The notes under the pieces were generated by a model. That model was given only the letters and a program-made list of their open reading frames with translations, was not told the DNA's origin and ran no database searches. A stretch of 64,000 bases of DNA from Eubacteriales bacterium. Its GTDB lineage: Bacteria; Bacillota; Clostridia; Oscillospirales; QAKW01. The number at the start of each line of letters is the position of its first letter. The first letter of the stretch is position 1. Both the position numbers and the translations under genes were made by a program. This document shows, one piece after another, positions 62,639 to 64,000 of the stretch. The stretch spans positions 4,238 to 68,237 of the forward strand of contig JAZROO010000060.1 in NCBI GenBank assembly GCA_045648705.1, read 5' to 3'.

Positions 62639-64000
62639 AAGCAAAAGCAGAACGAAAAGAATATAAAGAATCTCCGCCGATTCTGCAGAATATAACAAAA
62701 ACGCTGGAAGATAACTATATGCCCTATGCACTCAGCGTTATTCTTTCACGCGCCATTCCCGAAATCGACGGATTAAAGCCCTCCCACCGCAAATTACTGT
62801 ACACCATGTATCTCAAGGGACTATTAACGGGCGAAACCATCAAATCAGCCAACATCGTTGGTGAAACCATGAAACTCAATCCCCACGGTGATGCCGCCAT
62901 TTACGAAACCATGGTTCGTTTAACACGCGGTCACCAGGCATTGTTGCATCCTTTGGTAGAGTCCAAAGGTAACTTCGGTAAACATTATTCCCGAGATACC
63001 GCCTATGCGGCATCCCGTTATACCGAAGCAAAACTCGCCCCAATCTGTAAGGAACTGTTTGAAGACATCAATAAAGACACGGTAGAGTTTGTTCCCAACT
63101 ACGATAACACAATGAAGGAACCTACCCTCTTCCCCGTTTCTTTCCCAAGCATTCTGACCACGCCCAACCAAGGTATCGCCGTAGGTATGGCATCCAATAT
63201 TTGCTCATTCAATTTGGGTGAACTTTGCGACAGCGTAGTCGAATACATTAAAAATCCCGACCACGATTTCAAACTCACTATGCCTGCTCCCGATTTTTCT
63301 ACCGGAGCGCAAATCGTTTATAAGCAATCACAAATTGACGAGGTATATAACACAGGTAAAGGCTCTATCAAAATTCGCGCAAAATATCATTTTGAGCCCA
63401 AGCAAAATGCCATTATTGTTGACGAGATTCCTTATACTACAACGGTGGAAGCCATCAACGATAAGATTGTTGATTTGGTCAAAGCAGGCAAACTCAAAGA
63501 AGTTTCCGACGTTAAAGACTTGTCTGACAAACTGGGCCTTAAACTTTATATCGAGCTTAAACGCGGAACAAAACCCGAAGTTGTAATGGCCAAACTCTTT
63601 AAATCCACTCCGCTTGAAGATAACTTCAGTTGTAACTTCAACATTTTGTTGGGAGGTGTTCCGAGAGTTCTGGGTGTGCGTGATATCATTGAGGAATGGC
63701 TTGCCTTCCGCCGCGAATGCATTAAAAACCGCACCTACTTTAACCTGCAGAAAGCAAAAAAACAACTGCACCTGCTGCTTGGTATGAAAAAAATCCTGCT
63801 CGACATTGATAAGGCGGTTAAAATCGTTCGAGAAACCGAACGGGATGAAGAAGTTGTTCCCAATTTGATGATTGGCTTCGGCATCGATTTAACCCAAGCA
63901 GAATATATTGCCGATATCAAGTTGCGTCATCTCAACCGCGAATATATTCTTAAGCGTCTGGAAGATATCGAAAACCTGACCAACGAAATTGCAGAACTTG
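62639..64000 (+). CDS. Type IIA DNA topoisomerase subunit A (ParC/GyrA-like), 3' end outside the window
   Basis: Not in the ORF track because no stop occurs before the window edge. The ATG at 62639 lies 8 nt after AAGGAG. It translates as MSKKAKAERKEY...YMPYALSVILSRAIPEIDGLKPSHRKLLYTMY, and the catalytic-Tyr motif AASRYTEAKL lies near 63010. Confidence 0.85.

Noticed and set aside
1-64000. CRISPR arrays, rRNA operons, and large tandem or interspersed repeats
   Set aside because: Reading the intergenic regions showed none. All intergenic spaces are at most ~320 nt and are occupied by promoters and terminator hairpins. The only internal repetition noted is the protein-level duplication of the CBM-like module in the solute-binding protein.

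Overview
This is a 64-kb chromosomal window from a low-GC Firmicute. It looks like an anaerobic, probably spore-forming member of the Clostridia, because it carries an Rnf complex, a split transketolase, YtvI-like, DacB-like and DUF1540 proteins, and GGAGG-type ribosome-binding sites (RBS). I call about 62 protein genes and one tRNA-Thr. I saw no rRNA, CRISPR array, IS element, transposase, integrase or phage genes. All family assignments come from reading the translated ORFs for motifs I recognise; no database search was possible. The ORF track accepts GTG and TTG starts and often over-extends N-termini, so I re-picked many starts from RBS spacing.

Layout of the window:
- 0-14 kb: housekeeping genes (an orphan sugar-ABC ATPase, tex, a pseudouridine synthase, dCMP deaminase, pgi, a DD-carboxypeptidase, tkt N and C subunits, glyA, rarA, nth).
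- 14-26 kb: a DUF368 protein, secDF, then a long minus-strand run der-plsY-rnfCDGEAB-pncC, and yceD-rpmF.
- 26-30 kb: ylxM-ffh-rpsP-khpA-rimM-trmD.
- 30-39 kb: a mixed accessory block (nnr, PHP, HAD, GH43, nitroreductase, EEP, tRNA-Thr, DUF1540, ldh, and a PflX-type radical SAM gene with a small partner).
- 39.0-50.7 kb: an eight-gene coupled operon.
- 51-64 kb: pncB, a sigma factor plus a 1646-aa membrane protein, rplS, yfbR, DUF4364, and a parE/parC-like pair that runs off the window.

Best candidates for undescribed biology:
1. The eight-gene operon at 39.0-50.7 kb. It encodes a 1024-aa solute-binding protein with two CBM-like modules, two complete ABC permease pairs, an NHL/TPR protein, a Yip1-like protein and a DUF5696-like protein. 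It has no ATPase and no regulator.
2. An ECF-like sigma factor whose stop overlaps the start of a single-pass membrane protein. That protein's exodomain is alpha-2-macroglobulin-like and lacks the thioester cysteine.
3. An RnfC with an in-frame four-helix N-terminal membrane domain.
4. rplS lies 28 kb from trmD in inverted orientation, which suggests an inversion.
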